From NCBI GenBank assembly GCA_951406725.2, contig OX597819.1, forward strand, positions 95,790,001 to 95,854,000: DNA of 64,000 nt. Reading direction: 5' to 3'. Shown one piece after another: positions 12,183-23,809 of this stretch. Origin of the DNA: Octopus vulgaris. Taxonomy: Eukaryota. Within the stretch, counting starts at the first letter, position 1, and each line of letters begins with the position of its first letter. Both the position numbers and the translations under genes were made by a program. The notes beneath the pieces were generated by a model. It saw only the letters and a program-made list of their open reading frames with translations, ran no database searches and was not told the DNA's origin.

Positions 12183-14236
12183 ATATTGTTTATGTCAAAT
12201 GAATTTTATAAACTTTCGAGAGAACATGAAATAACTCTCCTCTGGCTTGGAATACAATATGTTGAAGCACATGCATAAAGATATAAAAAATAGCACATAA
12301 ATATTGTGTTGCAAAATTCTTTTGGATAAAAATAAGTTGAAGGTTGTTCTGTCATGTCTGTGGGAGATGTGGGTTCATGTCCCACAGGCAGCTGCCAACT
12401 AATTTTGTCCCAAAGGGTTTTCAAACCCAATATTTATGATATTTATAGCTTTATGTGATTTGAGATCCACTGTTCCAGACGAGAGTTATATATATATATT
12501 ATATAAATTATTTACATTCACTGAAGTAAATGTCAAAATTAGCAAAACATTTTAGTAATTAATTTTTATAAGAAACACACGCACCAATCAAGTTCTGTCC
12601 TTCAATATGTATTAAATGTTTGAAGTCTAACATGAGGTTAGCAAATGACTCGTCCACAAATGTGTACATGTCAGCTCACTTTCATACAAGGTGACCTGCA
12701 CTGACATACTTTTAAGAAGGTTATATCAATTTTTATGTGACACATAATCAAAAGTAAAGAGAGCTTTAAAGGTGCAACATTTTTTAATTGAAAGAAACTA
12801 TCTTAAATGTTACACCCTCTTTTCAACTGTCTTCAGTTGACTCCATTCCATTGCAACTAACATATTCATACAATGAGATATCCTGTATGTGGTTGTTCAA
12901 CCTGCTAAAAATAACAGCCAAAATCTTTACCGTTTTAAAAATAATTACATTAGCTAATGTAATCCTATGTCTACAATGTGTTAAAAAAAAAAAGAAAAGA
13001 TGTCTGGAATGCCTTTGGAGATATACCTGTTCAACACAGCTGAACTGGAACTAACGAGCAACATTAATACTGTGTTAAAATTAATTTAAGTTCACCAGAT
13101 CTCATTTAATTTTCTGTCAAATTACTGTATAAATGCAGATTCATTATTTCTGATATATTGTACCCTATTTTTATGATAAGATTAGCATTTATTAATTCAG
13201 TGATATAATTATTTCATGATAGAATGAGTTTACTTGACATGCCATTAATCAAGATTTCAACGAAAAACTTCAGTAATAAATGGGTTGGAGGCAGGGTCCT
13301 GTAGTTTAGTCAGACAAGGAAGGGCAGTACTATTGATCCCTTTATTTTGGGGGGGATTCTCCAGGACTGTTGGGAGAAAGGGTAGAAGTTATCTTCAAAA
13401 TGCAAATCTGGCTTGAATGTGTGAAACAGATTGAACTCTGCTAAAGGAATCCTAGGACTACATAGTGGTGTTAAACCTGGTAACAAATTTCCCAAGAACT
13501 CAGAACAGAAAGTTAGAATGCATACTGCAAGTACTTTATTTTATCAATCCTGAAAACAGTGCTGGATTAACCATTAAGCATGTGCTTATGGCATCAAGGG
13601 AAGGAGGGAGCACCACAGAAGTGTTAATGGTTTACTGCATAAAAGAAATCACTTTAAACTTGCTAAAATAATATTCAGGATGCCTTTATCTCTACTAAGT
13701 ATAGATGCAGATGTATTACCTAAGATTAATTTTGAGGATATGATCTAAGACTTTGCAATTCAAAAAAGTAGGAGGAAACGTTTCTAATATCAAAAAAGTG
13801 GAAGTACACAAAAATAAACATTATTTTCCCCTCTTATTATTTTTTTCCATTTTGAAAAATAAATATTTATTTTATGGTTTGTTATTGTTTATATTTTGAA
13901 TTACATAATCTCTTATGAGGGCATCAAAATCTTTTAAGTGCTTAGAGCTTGATGGGTCTTAATCTGACCCTGCCTGAAGAGATGAAAGGTAAAGTTAGTC
14001 TCAGTATGATTTGAATTCAGTGTGTAGATAACTACAACAAATACAACTAGGTTTTTTATCCAACACTCTAATGACTCCTCTGCTAGTTTGCTAGATCAGC
14101 TGTTAAAAATTTCATAATTGTTTAACTGTATCTTTAGAGATGAAAAAAAAGAAATTGATATTACATCTGTACTATATTTTTATCATCTTGAACTCCTATT
14201 AACATCAGATGCTTTATTCTTTGCTGTGTCGGACAC

Positions 14237-14345
14237 AATTCAAAATAGGAATCTTTATTTCTAAGCTAAGGGTTGGGGTGAGGGTTAGTGTTAAAGTGCC
14301 CTCACTGTAAAGTAATCTTAGAAGTAGAGATTCTTATTTTGAATT
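14237..14345. repeat. Small inverted-repeat element with telomere-like internal repeats
   Basis: 29-bp arms (26/29 identical) around taagggttggggtgagggttag. Confidence 0.6.
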
Positions 14346-15367
14346 CAATCTGGTATTATTTACATAGTCAGAAATAAAACTCCTGCTGATAGTTGGTGTT
14401 CAAACTGACCAAGATGTAGTGTTGACATAATATCAAATATTTTTCCTTTTTTAAAATAAAGTTAATAGTTCAACCTATTATAAAATATCACCTAGGTGAC
14501 ATATGCTAATACAATGCTACAATTTTAGGTTAAATTTATCTTTCAGTAAAACCAGCCATATTCATTTGCCAGTGCAGGGTTTACTGATTGGATTTTTAGC
14601 AAGCTTTGTATGCACAGTTTCTCTGATTTTACTATGTCATATTGTGGTTCTCCATCAATTATAGAAATTTCATTCTATATATCACTATATGATTTCCTTT
14701 CTTACAGCATGTATTTTCAGCCAATCTTGATTTAGAGGGTTCTCCTTTTAAATTATCCTGATATGACATTTAGAGGCCTTCAACTTTTACCTTTATATGA
14801 CCTGCAAATGCTTAAGATGTTATCAGTTTATGTATAATTTGTGACTTGTTGGGAGGTTTAAATTTGCAGAAGAAATTGCAAGGTGAGGTGTTACTTTTGA
14901 AAACTGTTATGTTACGTATATTGCAGATTCTCTGAATTTTCTTGGACATACTCATTTCTTATGTTGGTTGATAAAAAGATTATTACTTTCAGTTTAGATA
15001 TAATAATTCCTTGTTTGAATTCATTATGATGCTATGTATACACCCATAAGTAAAACACTTGATGTTGACCAGGAGCCAAACTGATGAAAATGTGAATGTA
15101 AAAATTAAATATTTTTTCACTTCTGAAGATGAACTTAATTGTTAGAAAATTTCTAATCTTAACAAATACTATAATTTAGTTATTATAAATTAGGATTAGT
15201 ATAATAAAAGCAGTATAAGTCAACATTGTTCCTCACTGTAAACATCTTTCAAAAACTAGATTTGTAATAGTCTAAAAGAAATTTTTTATTATTTGCAGTA
15301 TTTCAAATATATTTGTGTGATTGATTTAGCAGAATAATATTTGTGTTGTTTATAACATATAGTTTAA

Positions 15368-15821
15368 TCTATTATATAAAATCCGTTCTGTGTGTGTGTG
15401 TGTGTGTGTCTTCTAGGATCTTAGGCTTCCTCCATCTGATTGCTATTTGATATGTAGATACTGATGGTATCAGGGCGTGTTTAAGTCTTGAAAAAATTAC
15501 AAAATTTGATTCCAGGTGAGAATGCAATCAATAAAGCCATGGGAACGTGCATTTGTATGTGTAAGTACATCAGCTGTTGCGCTGTAGTTACTGGTACTTT
15601 AAACTCTTCGGTTGCATATTTGTGTAAATAAAATCGTTTTTCTTTGGAATAGAAAAACGTCTATCTTTATTTCTTCTTTTGCTGGTGTCTCAAATTTAGG
15701 TTAAATCAGTGTTTCTCAAAGGGGAGGCCTATGGGATGGTCGGACAAGTTGTTTTGAGAAAATTTGGTTTAAATGTTTGACAACTCAGCACCATCCATTG
15801 GACGGGGGGCGTTTTGCTCGT
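15368..15821 (+). mobile_element. Non-autonomous Helitron-like element
   Basis: A|TCTATTATATAAAA 5' end, internal (TG)n, GC-rich subterminal stretch ending CTCG|T. Confidence 0.45.
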
Positions 15822-15949
15822 AGCTAAATATGTTCCATTAACAAACTAATCAAAGTGAAATTGATTTCAACAAATGAGTTCTAGATTTAAAGATTCATTA
15901 ATACAACAAATTATTAAAATTTTTTCACTATCACATGTACCACAAGACT

Positions 15950-17450
15950 TAGTTGCACTAAGCTATACTGACATCTAACCATCTACTGTGAATTGCCAAC
16001 CAATCACTGAATGAAGCATCAGAAACATCTAAAAACAGAAGTACTGAAATAAGTTTGCAGCAAAATTCATTCATTTAACAATGAAGCATATAAATTAACA
16101 TCTAAGATTTTAATGTAAATGGTGTTAGATATTATTAATCCTAATTTGAGAAGGAATGGATCAGCAAGGCCATTGATGGAACTTAATTGTTTTTTTAAAT
16201 TTTCAATTTGATATTATAAGAAATTCACTTCATGCGATTCTAGGTTGGCACACTGGACAAATGTCTCTATTATTGTTTCAAGTTGATAAATGCTCTGCCT
16301 CAAAGAAAAATACCATGTTTTTATGTGAATTATGTACCTTTATGCAAAAGGGGGATATAAGCATGTATCTGACAAAATACTTGGCTCAATAAAAGCAGTG
16401 CTTTTGAATAGCACAGTTGCTATTCAAAAGATTGAAATGAGTAAAAGAATAAAATAATTATAAACACTGATTTCAGAGGGATGGGTAAAATAGGCCCAGT
16501 AGTGAGACTTAGCATATTTGTTGCTTGTCAGTAATTGATAGACTTGGTTCAATGGACTTTTGCTTTCTTTTCAAAATGATTTGATGCTTACAATGTCTAA
16601 AATATTTTAAAGTAATTTAGCAATAATCTTTAGAACAAGATAATTACCAAATTTCTTTAGCATTACACCAGCTCCAAGATGTAAGTGCATAAAAATGAAT
16701 TCAGCTTGGAAGTCTGTTCTGGATTCACACCCACCATTATCTTATCAAAAGATATATTATGAATTGTGTTAACCCTATTTAAGGATCATCCAATACCATA
16801 TTATTTCAAAAAGAAATTTCCACACAATGATTGATTTTGTTCATGTAGATATTTGTAGCAAATATGTTAATAATTGCAAATAACAGAAACCCAGCAATAT
16901 TCAAAATCAATGTACCTGGTTTATTCATTGAAATTATAATTCATTATTTTCCTAAAGGATTCAAAAATGTTCTAAAGTATCGAGTTTACTGGCACAGTAT
17001 GATAAAATTTATCTAAATTTGAAAGATAAAACAAAATCAATTGCAACTGAAAATCAACCCACATGTAACCATTGCATGGAAGCTCTAGCACTCCAATCAA
17101 CAGCAGTGTTTTAGTGTATATACCTCCAATAATGCCTATATAAATAAAATACAAATATAAAGAAATATCAAATAACTATGATGTATTCAAATTGCAATCC
17201 ATTATTTTGCAGTCAATATTGCAACATATTGGTGCAGGTAACTGATACCAGCCATTATGTCAATGAGTGACTGGGTATGTATATTATGACTTGCATTGGT
17301 CTTTCAAGAGTTATTAATCTATATAATTTTTATAACAAGAGAAACAAAATACAATAAATAAGTCACATGTGCAATAAATTCTATGTAAAGCTTGCCATAT
17401 GCGAATTCACAATTTATCATAACTAAATAATGAGATAATTCCATCTAACC
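15950..17450 (-). mobile_element. Ancient L1/Tx1-like ORF2 remnant (RT and post-RT part)
   Basis: Interrupted translations IISLFSYDKL*IRIWQAL, NLDK, IVWKFLF and RVNTIHNISFDKNNGG resemble successive L1-clade ORF2 motifs. Confidence 0.35.
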
Positions 17451-17477
17451 TATAAAGCAGTAGTAATTACTGGTTTC

Positions 17478-17865
17478 TGGCTTATGTTCTGATTTCAAAT
17501 TCCACTGGGGCCAACTTTGCTCTTCATTCTTCTGGAGTCAATATAATAAAATACCTGTAAAGTATTAGGGACGATATTGTCAACTAATCCCCACTCTTAA
17601 AAATTACTGGCCTGTGCCTAAATCAGAGATCAATATTAATCATTACTAATTTTCCTGTTAATGTTGGTGATAATATTGGCATCAAATTTTGGCACAAGGG
17701 CTAAGTCAATTAGATCAACTCTATTGCTCAACTGATACTTATTTTATTGACCCCAAAAGTGTGAAAGACAATGTCAACCCCGGTGGCATTTGAACTCAGA
17801 ATGTAAAGTCAAATGAAACGCCACTGGGCATTTTGCCAGGTGTGTTAACGATTCTGCTAGTTATC
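17478..17865. mobile_element. Two opposed SINE copies (tttcatcctttcggggtc core family)
   Basis: A + copy at about 17478-17625 and a - copy at about 17680-17865 share the core and tail with 55713-56105. Confidence 0.7.
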
Positions 17866-18504
17866 TGCTGGTTATAATATTATCTCCACATCATTATTCT
17901 AAGGGGAGTATCATTAAAATTATAATTACCTTGGTTGCACAAGATACAGGAGTTCCAAAATGCTGTGATTGTGCTTAATATTGCAGTAAACCGGTAAAGC
18001 TGCAGTTGTATCATTTCAATGAGAAGGAAAAATTAAAATTATGGTTTTAAATAATATTTCCCTCATATCAATATATTTTAAACAAAAGCTTACTATCTAT
18101 AAATTCATAATTGAATGTGTTCTCCAAATAGTAATAAGTTACTTAACTTGTATAGTTGACATTTTCTAGTGCCAACCTTGTCATGTTGGCCATAAACCCA
18201 GGAGCTGCTACCTGCTAAACAGAGAAGCCGATGACTAAGCTGGAGTCACTGATGGAGAGATCCCTTTTTGCAAAAGTTGCTATTGAAACCTTTGATATCT
18301 TAGACCCCTGGACAGCTTCTCTCTTTTGTCAAATTGGGATGAAGGCGTTAGACCTAAGGAAAGAGCCCCATGATATAGAGTGTTTCATGCAGTGGATATA
18401 ATTGGCTGTTCTTTGCAGCAATGCTTTTACCATTATATCTATGGAATGTAGATGATACAAATTATACAAAAGAAAAATTTGTTTATTTCAAGAATATAAA
18501 GAAT

Positions 18505-18687
18505 GCTCTCTCTCTCTCTCTCTCTCTCGATATATGTATATATATATATGTGTGTATGTGTATAAATGTGTGTGTATATATATATATATATGTGTTTGTA
18601 TATATGTGTATATATATACATTTGTATATATGTGTATATATATATATTTATATGTATATATATGTGCGTATATATATATATACACAC

Positions 18688-18720
<33 letters not shown>

Positions 18721-18756
18721 CATGTGTATATATCCATATATATATGTATGTATGTA

Positions 18757-18790
<34 letters not shown>
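18505..18790. repeat. Compound (CT)n/(TA)n/(TG)n microsatellite
   Basis: Directly visible. It produces the YI-rich spurious ORFs. Confidence 0.95.
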
Positions 18791-18795
<5 letters not shown>

Positions 18796-18996
18796 AATAG
18801 TAGGGAATATAATTCCAAACTTACAGGGAAAAATTCAATTTAGCAATTCTAAATCAAATTTCACAATATATAATTAAGAGAAATAATCCCTATTAAGTAA
18901 TTCAATAGTGAAAAACATTACCTACACCATATAGAAAAATTTTAATATACTATAATAAATATTATTCAAAAAAATCACTAAATTAAATAAACATTA

Positions 18997-19100
18997 AATT
19001 GACTATGAGCATTTCATGATTATATTTTAAATCGATAGTAATAAAATCGATACTATTAAAATTAATTCGATTTAAAAATATAGCCACTCTTCAGGGCTAA
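18997..19100 (-). ncRNA. Degenerate type I hammerhead ribozyme-like motif with a long stem II
   Basis: CTGAAGA (19094-19088), ~20-bp stem II, GAAA (19015-19012), ATG-CT-CAT-A stem III. Lies downstream of the GIY-YIG ORF on the same strand. Confidence 0.5.
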
Positions 19101-19409
19101 AATAATAAAATAAATGTATCTAAACACAATAAACACAAAAATATACATATCCTAACACTAAATAAACAAATAAAAAATTATAATATTAATAAAAAATAAA
19201 ATCATAATTTATCTTAATGAAGAATTCCAGTTAACTGAAGTTTCAAATGTTAAACTTAGAACCTAGCATTGCTAAGAAATTTATCACGTGAAAACATGAC
19301 ATAAATAATAACTATAGAATAAATAGATAGAAATGTTATTTTAGCTGTGAAAATAACAATATGTGTTTTAGCTGTGAAAATAGGAAATAAACTAGATGTA
19401 TTATTTATT

Positions 19410-19652
19410 TTTATGCGCCCTTTTCAAGTCTAGTCAGGCTCATGGGCCCAGTTTCTAAGGCGTATGTGTTCCCCACCAGCTGGACAGGATGCCAGTCCAT
19501 TGCAGCATTTCTCAAGAAACAGGAAGAAAGTTGCGGTGAAAGAGTACAACAGGGGTCACCACCACCCCTTGCTGGAGCCTCATGGAGCTTTAGGTGTTTT
19601 CATTCAATAAACACGCACAACACCCGGTCTTGGAATCAAAACCGCGATCCTC
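19410..19652 (-). mobile_element. SINE-like insertion within the Penelope remnant
   Basis: GC-richer block with a B-box-like ggttttgattcc on the minus strand and an A-rich tail. Confidence 0.5.
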
Positions 19653-20659
19653 CACAAACTAGATATAATATACGATTTACTGGAAAAATTCTTAATTCTC
19701 AATAATTTAAAACTAAAATACGTAAAATACATAGAATAAACTAATTTTCGATAACTTAATCTATATTGATCAATTTATTTATTTATTTTATAAACACCTT
19801 GGTTTAATCTTATTTTAATTATGTAATATACACTACGTAATCTCCTGCTAACTTATACTCATTATACTACTACAAATTATAACTACAAAAATTAGTGACA
19901 TAAATCAGGGTTAAATATATACACAAATTAGCTAAACTTATTATATAAGTAATTTAACTTATGTCTACATTTAATTTTTCGCTTATCTTGGTATTTTGAA
20001 CAATTTTTTTTTATTTTTAGATGTACTTATTTGTACATAGTAAACAAAAATTATTACCTATTTGATAAGATTTAGCTTTACAAACTATCTCCCAATTTAA
20101 ATTATACTTAATTCCTTTAGATTTCAATCCCCACATATATTTGCTAAGGCCAGTAGAATTAATCAATGTTTTATTCTTAAATGAATACATGTGTTGAGCC
20201 ATCCTTAATTTAATTTTATTAGAAGTCGACCCCACGTAAATTGCATTTAGATTATAACTATTCATATTAATATTATCAAAGTTACTACACATTTATATAC
20301 TACATCATCCAAATTACATTTATTTTTAAACTTACATTTTGTCTTATCTCTACATGTACAATTAATTATATTCTGGTCTTTATTATTATTGGAATAATCA
20401 TTAATTCGTTACTGTAAAACTTAAGCTTAAATCTATTAAAAGAAATAATGTTACCAACATTATTAGTAGTAGAATAGCCAACTCTAAAATTATTACTAGA
20501 AAAAAAACGCTATTTTTTTTTATTATCTATAATGAATACTTCAATTTGTTTTAATATCTCTTTAATAATGTTTGTTTTAACTTGAGCCCCATAAAGAATA
20601 ATTAACCAAATTTTGTTCTTAGTATTAACATTATTTTCATTTATATTATTATATTTATT

Positions 20660-20995
20660 GCAGCATGGAAGGTGTTTGTAAGCCATTTAAGAAACACACA
20701 AAAGCCATTCGATTCACTTCAACATGTAAGTTTAATTTGTCAAAATATTTTTGTCGCTATAAGACCACGACCTGTTCACTGACAAAAATCCGTGCTACAT
20801 CTTTTTTGTCAGTGAACAGGTCGCGGTCTTATAGCGACAAAAATATTTTGACAAGTTAAAATTAAATGTTGAAGTGAATCGAACGGCTTTTGTGTGTTTC
20901 TTAAATGGCTTACAAACACCTTCCATGCTGCAATTGTTTTCGTTCGAGCACACAATCTCAGATCAAATCACTTGCTATGCAAGTACATCTCCGTA
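20660..20995. mobile_element. Inverted pLTR-like insertion (about 130-bp palindromic arms) with a 12-bp TSD
   Basis: Arms 20657-20788 and 20803-20934. attatatttatt is duplicated at 20648-20659 and 20996-21007. Confidence 0.8.
20806..20854 (+). ncRNA. Minimal hammerhead-like motif with G3-C8 core variant (mirror copy on the - strand at about 20737-20785)
   Basis: TTGTCA-GTGAACA-g-GTCGC(ggtcttata)GCGAC-AAA-AATATT-T-TGACAA. All three stems are present but G12 reads A. Confidence 0.5.
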
Positions 20996-21239
20996 ATTAT
21001 ATTTATTATTATCATTAAATGAATTAAATTTATTATCTTTTAGTCTATTATTATATTTATTTTTTGTATTATCATAATACCTATTATTAAAACCATAATT
21101 TCCTAAATAAAACTTATAAAGAATTTAATACTATTATTATATCCTGCCTCCCACAAGGCTTCATTATAATAAGGTGTGTTTTTTGAAAATCTATTATATA
21201 TATGTGTGTGTGTGTATATATATATATATACATGTATAT

Positions 21240-21450
21240 GTCACTTGTCCCTGTTATCTCCCCTACTGTCCCTCTCGCATCTGACCACTGTCCGAAGTCA
21301 GGACGCCATGATAGATCGTTAGCTCCTACACGCATTTTTTTCTCTCCTTGTTTTTTTCTGTGTATCTTTCTGTCGAAGAGCGTAGGCTCGAAACGTAAAA
21401 GACTTTTTCTATTTCTATTCCTGAGCACTATACTAATACATTTGTTTGTT
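21240..21450 (+). mobile_element. pLTR-like fragment between (TA)n tracts carrying a hammerhead-like motif
   Basis: tcttt-ctgtcGAAGAGC-gtag-GCTC-GAAACGTA-aaaga at 21365-21402. Confidence 0.5.
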
Positions 21451-21829
21451 ATATATATATATGTGTGTGTATATATATATGTGTATATATATAATCTCAC
21501 CACCAAACTACTAATCAAAATTTTATAATGCAAAAATCAGGTGGAGAGTTCTACTTGAAATATTAGGTATTCCTTCTTATGACAAACATTAACTCACATT
21601 TTGCTAATACTGTTTAAAAAAGCCACTTATTAAACGTGAGATGGAGGAGAGGGTATTGATAAACTCCACTCCCAGTATATAACTGATGGTTAATCTCTCA
21701 ACTCAATTAAAAATACAAAGTCAATCCCTGTGGAATTTGAATCCTAGATGAAACTAAATTGTACATTTAACTCAGCGTCTCAACATCTTTTAAATGTTAT
21801 TGCAAACATTCCACTGAGTAGAAATGACT

Positions 21830-22600
21830 ACACAAGACCGAAGGAAGAAAGTTTGCATTAAATTGTAATCCAATTCCGAATTTCCTGCTTTACAAATTTT
21901 ACAAAGAAACAATGCATTAGAAATGTTTGACTACCACTTGTAGCTAACAACAAACAAAAAGTTTTAAGGAAAATGTTAGTCTAACCAATGCTAAATTTCA
22001 TTGCTAATGCTTTAAGTATGCTAATTAACCCATTATCATCCACAATGACACATAATCTAGTGAATAATTGTCATGGTGACACATGTCTTCTGATAACTGC
22101 CTTCGTGACATTTTCAATGTTCTTTTTTCCTGAATTTTCAAGAGAAAACTGCAGTTTGACATAATTTTGCATAAAAAATTCAGGAGCAAATTAATCTTTG
22201 TTAGTAGAACTAGGAATATTTTTAAAAAACAGATCCCAATAAGTAAGAAGCTATGGATATAAATTATATTTTCCTTTTTGTTTTCAACTAATTTCTTGTA
22301 TATAGAACCTTACCCATTTTTTACATCAATTCATTCTGGTATGCCAATAAATGAAAGGAAAACATCTGTTTTAAAGAGTAGATATTCAAATTAAAGCCTT
22401 AAAGAGTAATTTTATGTAAGTTCTTGTTATATTATAAGAAACTGCTTGATACAGAAATAAATATAAAAATTAGCTTAACCAAATAGAAAATACTTGATTA
22501 TTTAAAAAATTTATACAAATGCAGAGGTAGAACATTTCAATAAAAATATAGCTGTGAAATAGTTAACATTTCAGTATGTTACCCTTGCAGTAAAAAAACC
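21830..22600 (-). mobile_element. Ancient L1/Tx1-like ORF2 remnant (N-terminal RT part), probably collinear with 15950-17450
   Basis: SSTNKD*FAPEFF resembles the SPG.DG...EFY motif and ISILKALAMKF resembles the ILAKALANRL motif. Confidence 0.35.
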
Positions 22601-22627
22601 CTGCAAAACTTAATATTTGGAAATTGA

Positions 22628-22665
<38 letters not shown>

Positions 22666-23296
22666 GTTAAAGTAAACATATCCTGAATGTTTTAAGAATT
22701 TTAATGTTATAGTTTATTATCAGCTTGTTTCTTATGTTCAGGAGTTGTATAACTGATAGTAGGATCTGGGTTTCCTCTTGTGTGTACAATCAGCAAAGCC
22801 TTCTTCCTCCAGTGTATGGAGTTGCATGCTTAGAAATAAGGAGTTCATATACCCATATAGATATACATGAAAAAATGGAAATATTCTGACTGTTTTAAGA
22901 GCCTTATGGATTCCTCATTTCTAAGCGAGAGATACAGATTAAGAACTGACAGTTGAGAAGAGTAGTGATAATTTATGTTGCTGAAGTCTGTTCAAGAATC
23001 TGGTGAGCAAACATCAGCTGACAATTGTATAGCTACTGATGTAAAAGCTGGCTGTGTCAATTTCCCTTCTCTTTTACGTCTTTGATGAAGGTGAGTATAT
23101 TAAGGTTGAATATGGAATATATGAGGAGAAAATATTTAATGACTTTTTAATAATACATATTCCAAAAGTCACTGATCCATTTATTGCTAATGTTCTCAGT
23201 CTATTTGATGCATATTCTGGAAAATTTATCACCTTATTGCTCCTGTCTTCAGTTTATTTGATGTAAAATGTTCTTGTTTATTACAAATAAAACATC

Positions 23297-23491
23297 CAGA
23301 GTGAGCATAGAGGAGATTCAATTTGGATTTGTATCAGGTAGAAGCATGACTGATGCTATATTCCTGGTTAGGCAAGTGCAGAAGTATTTAGTCAAAAATA
23401 AACCTCTGTACTTGGTTTTTGTTGACATAGAAAATGCCTTTTTGATAGGGTCTCCTGCTCCCTTATCTGGTGGTCAATGCAGAAGCTATAG
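23297..23491 (+). mobile_element. RTE-clade LINE RT fragment, left half (split by the Tx1-like insertion)
   Basis: IQFGFVSGRSMTDAIFLVRQVQ.KYL.KNKPLYLVFVDIENAF...IWWSMQKL. Confidence 0.88.
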
Positions 23492-23809
23492 ATATGTTTG
23501 TTTTTATTATGGCCACACAGGGCTAAATACAGAAAATAGACGAAATACAATGTAGAGTTTTTCTTTTCAAGGTGGGATGGGTGGGACATACAAAGAAAAA
23601 GTTCGATCAATAGGGATCTTTGAGTTATGTGGTGTATAAAAAAGAAAAATATAAAGTCCCCCCCCCCCAAAAAAAGAGGGGGGGATCGATATTGTTCACA
23701 GTTTAGGTGTAGCCTTGGAAAGAAAAACCTATGAAAAAGACCAAGGTCACCTCAGGCAGTTCAAAATGTACACAAGAGTAAGTACCTTTCCTCTTGTTGT
23801 CTCTTTTTG

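Larger units (their letters stand above)
18800..21190 (-). mobile_element. Penelope-like retroelement 3' part (linker, GIY-YIG endonuclease and downstream pLTR region), decayed, with nested insertions
   Basis: HYNEALWEAGY (about 21140-21165), KIWLIILYGAQVKTNIIKEIL, FRVGYSTTNNVGNII, CTCRDKTKCKFKNKC..DDVVYKC, then IYVGSTSNKIKLRMAQHMYSFKN...LSKYMWGLK...NWEI...CLLC (20017-20292). Confidence 0.85.

Noticed and set aside
18421-18877. Cluster of YI/CV-rich ORFs (also near 11249, 21114 and 53286)
   Set aside because: They are translations of (TA)n/(TG)n microsatellites.
20310-20360. Selenocysteine recoding in the Penelope Cys motif
   Set aside because: All four Cys codons are TGT in this copy, with no in-frame TGA at those positions.
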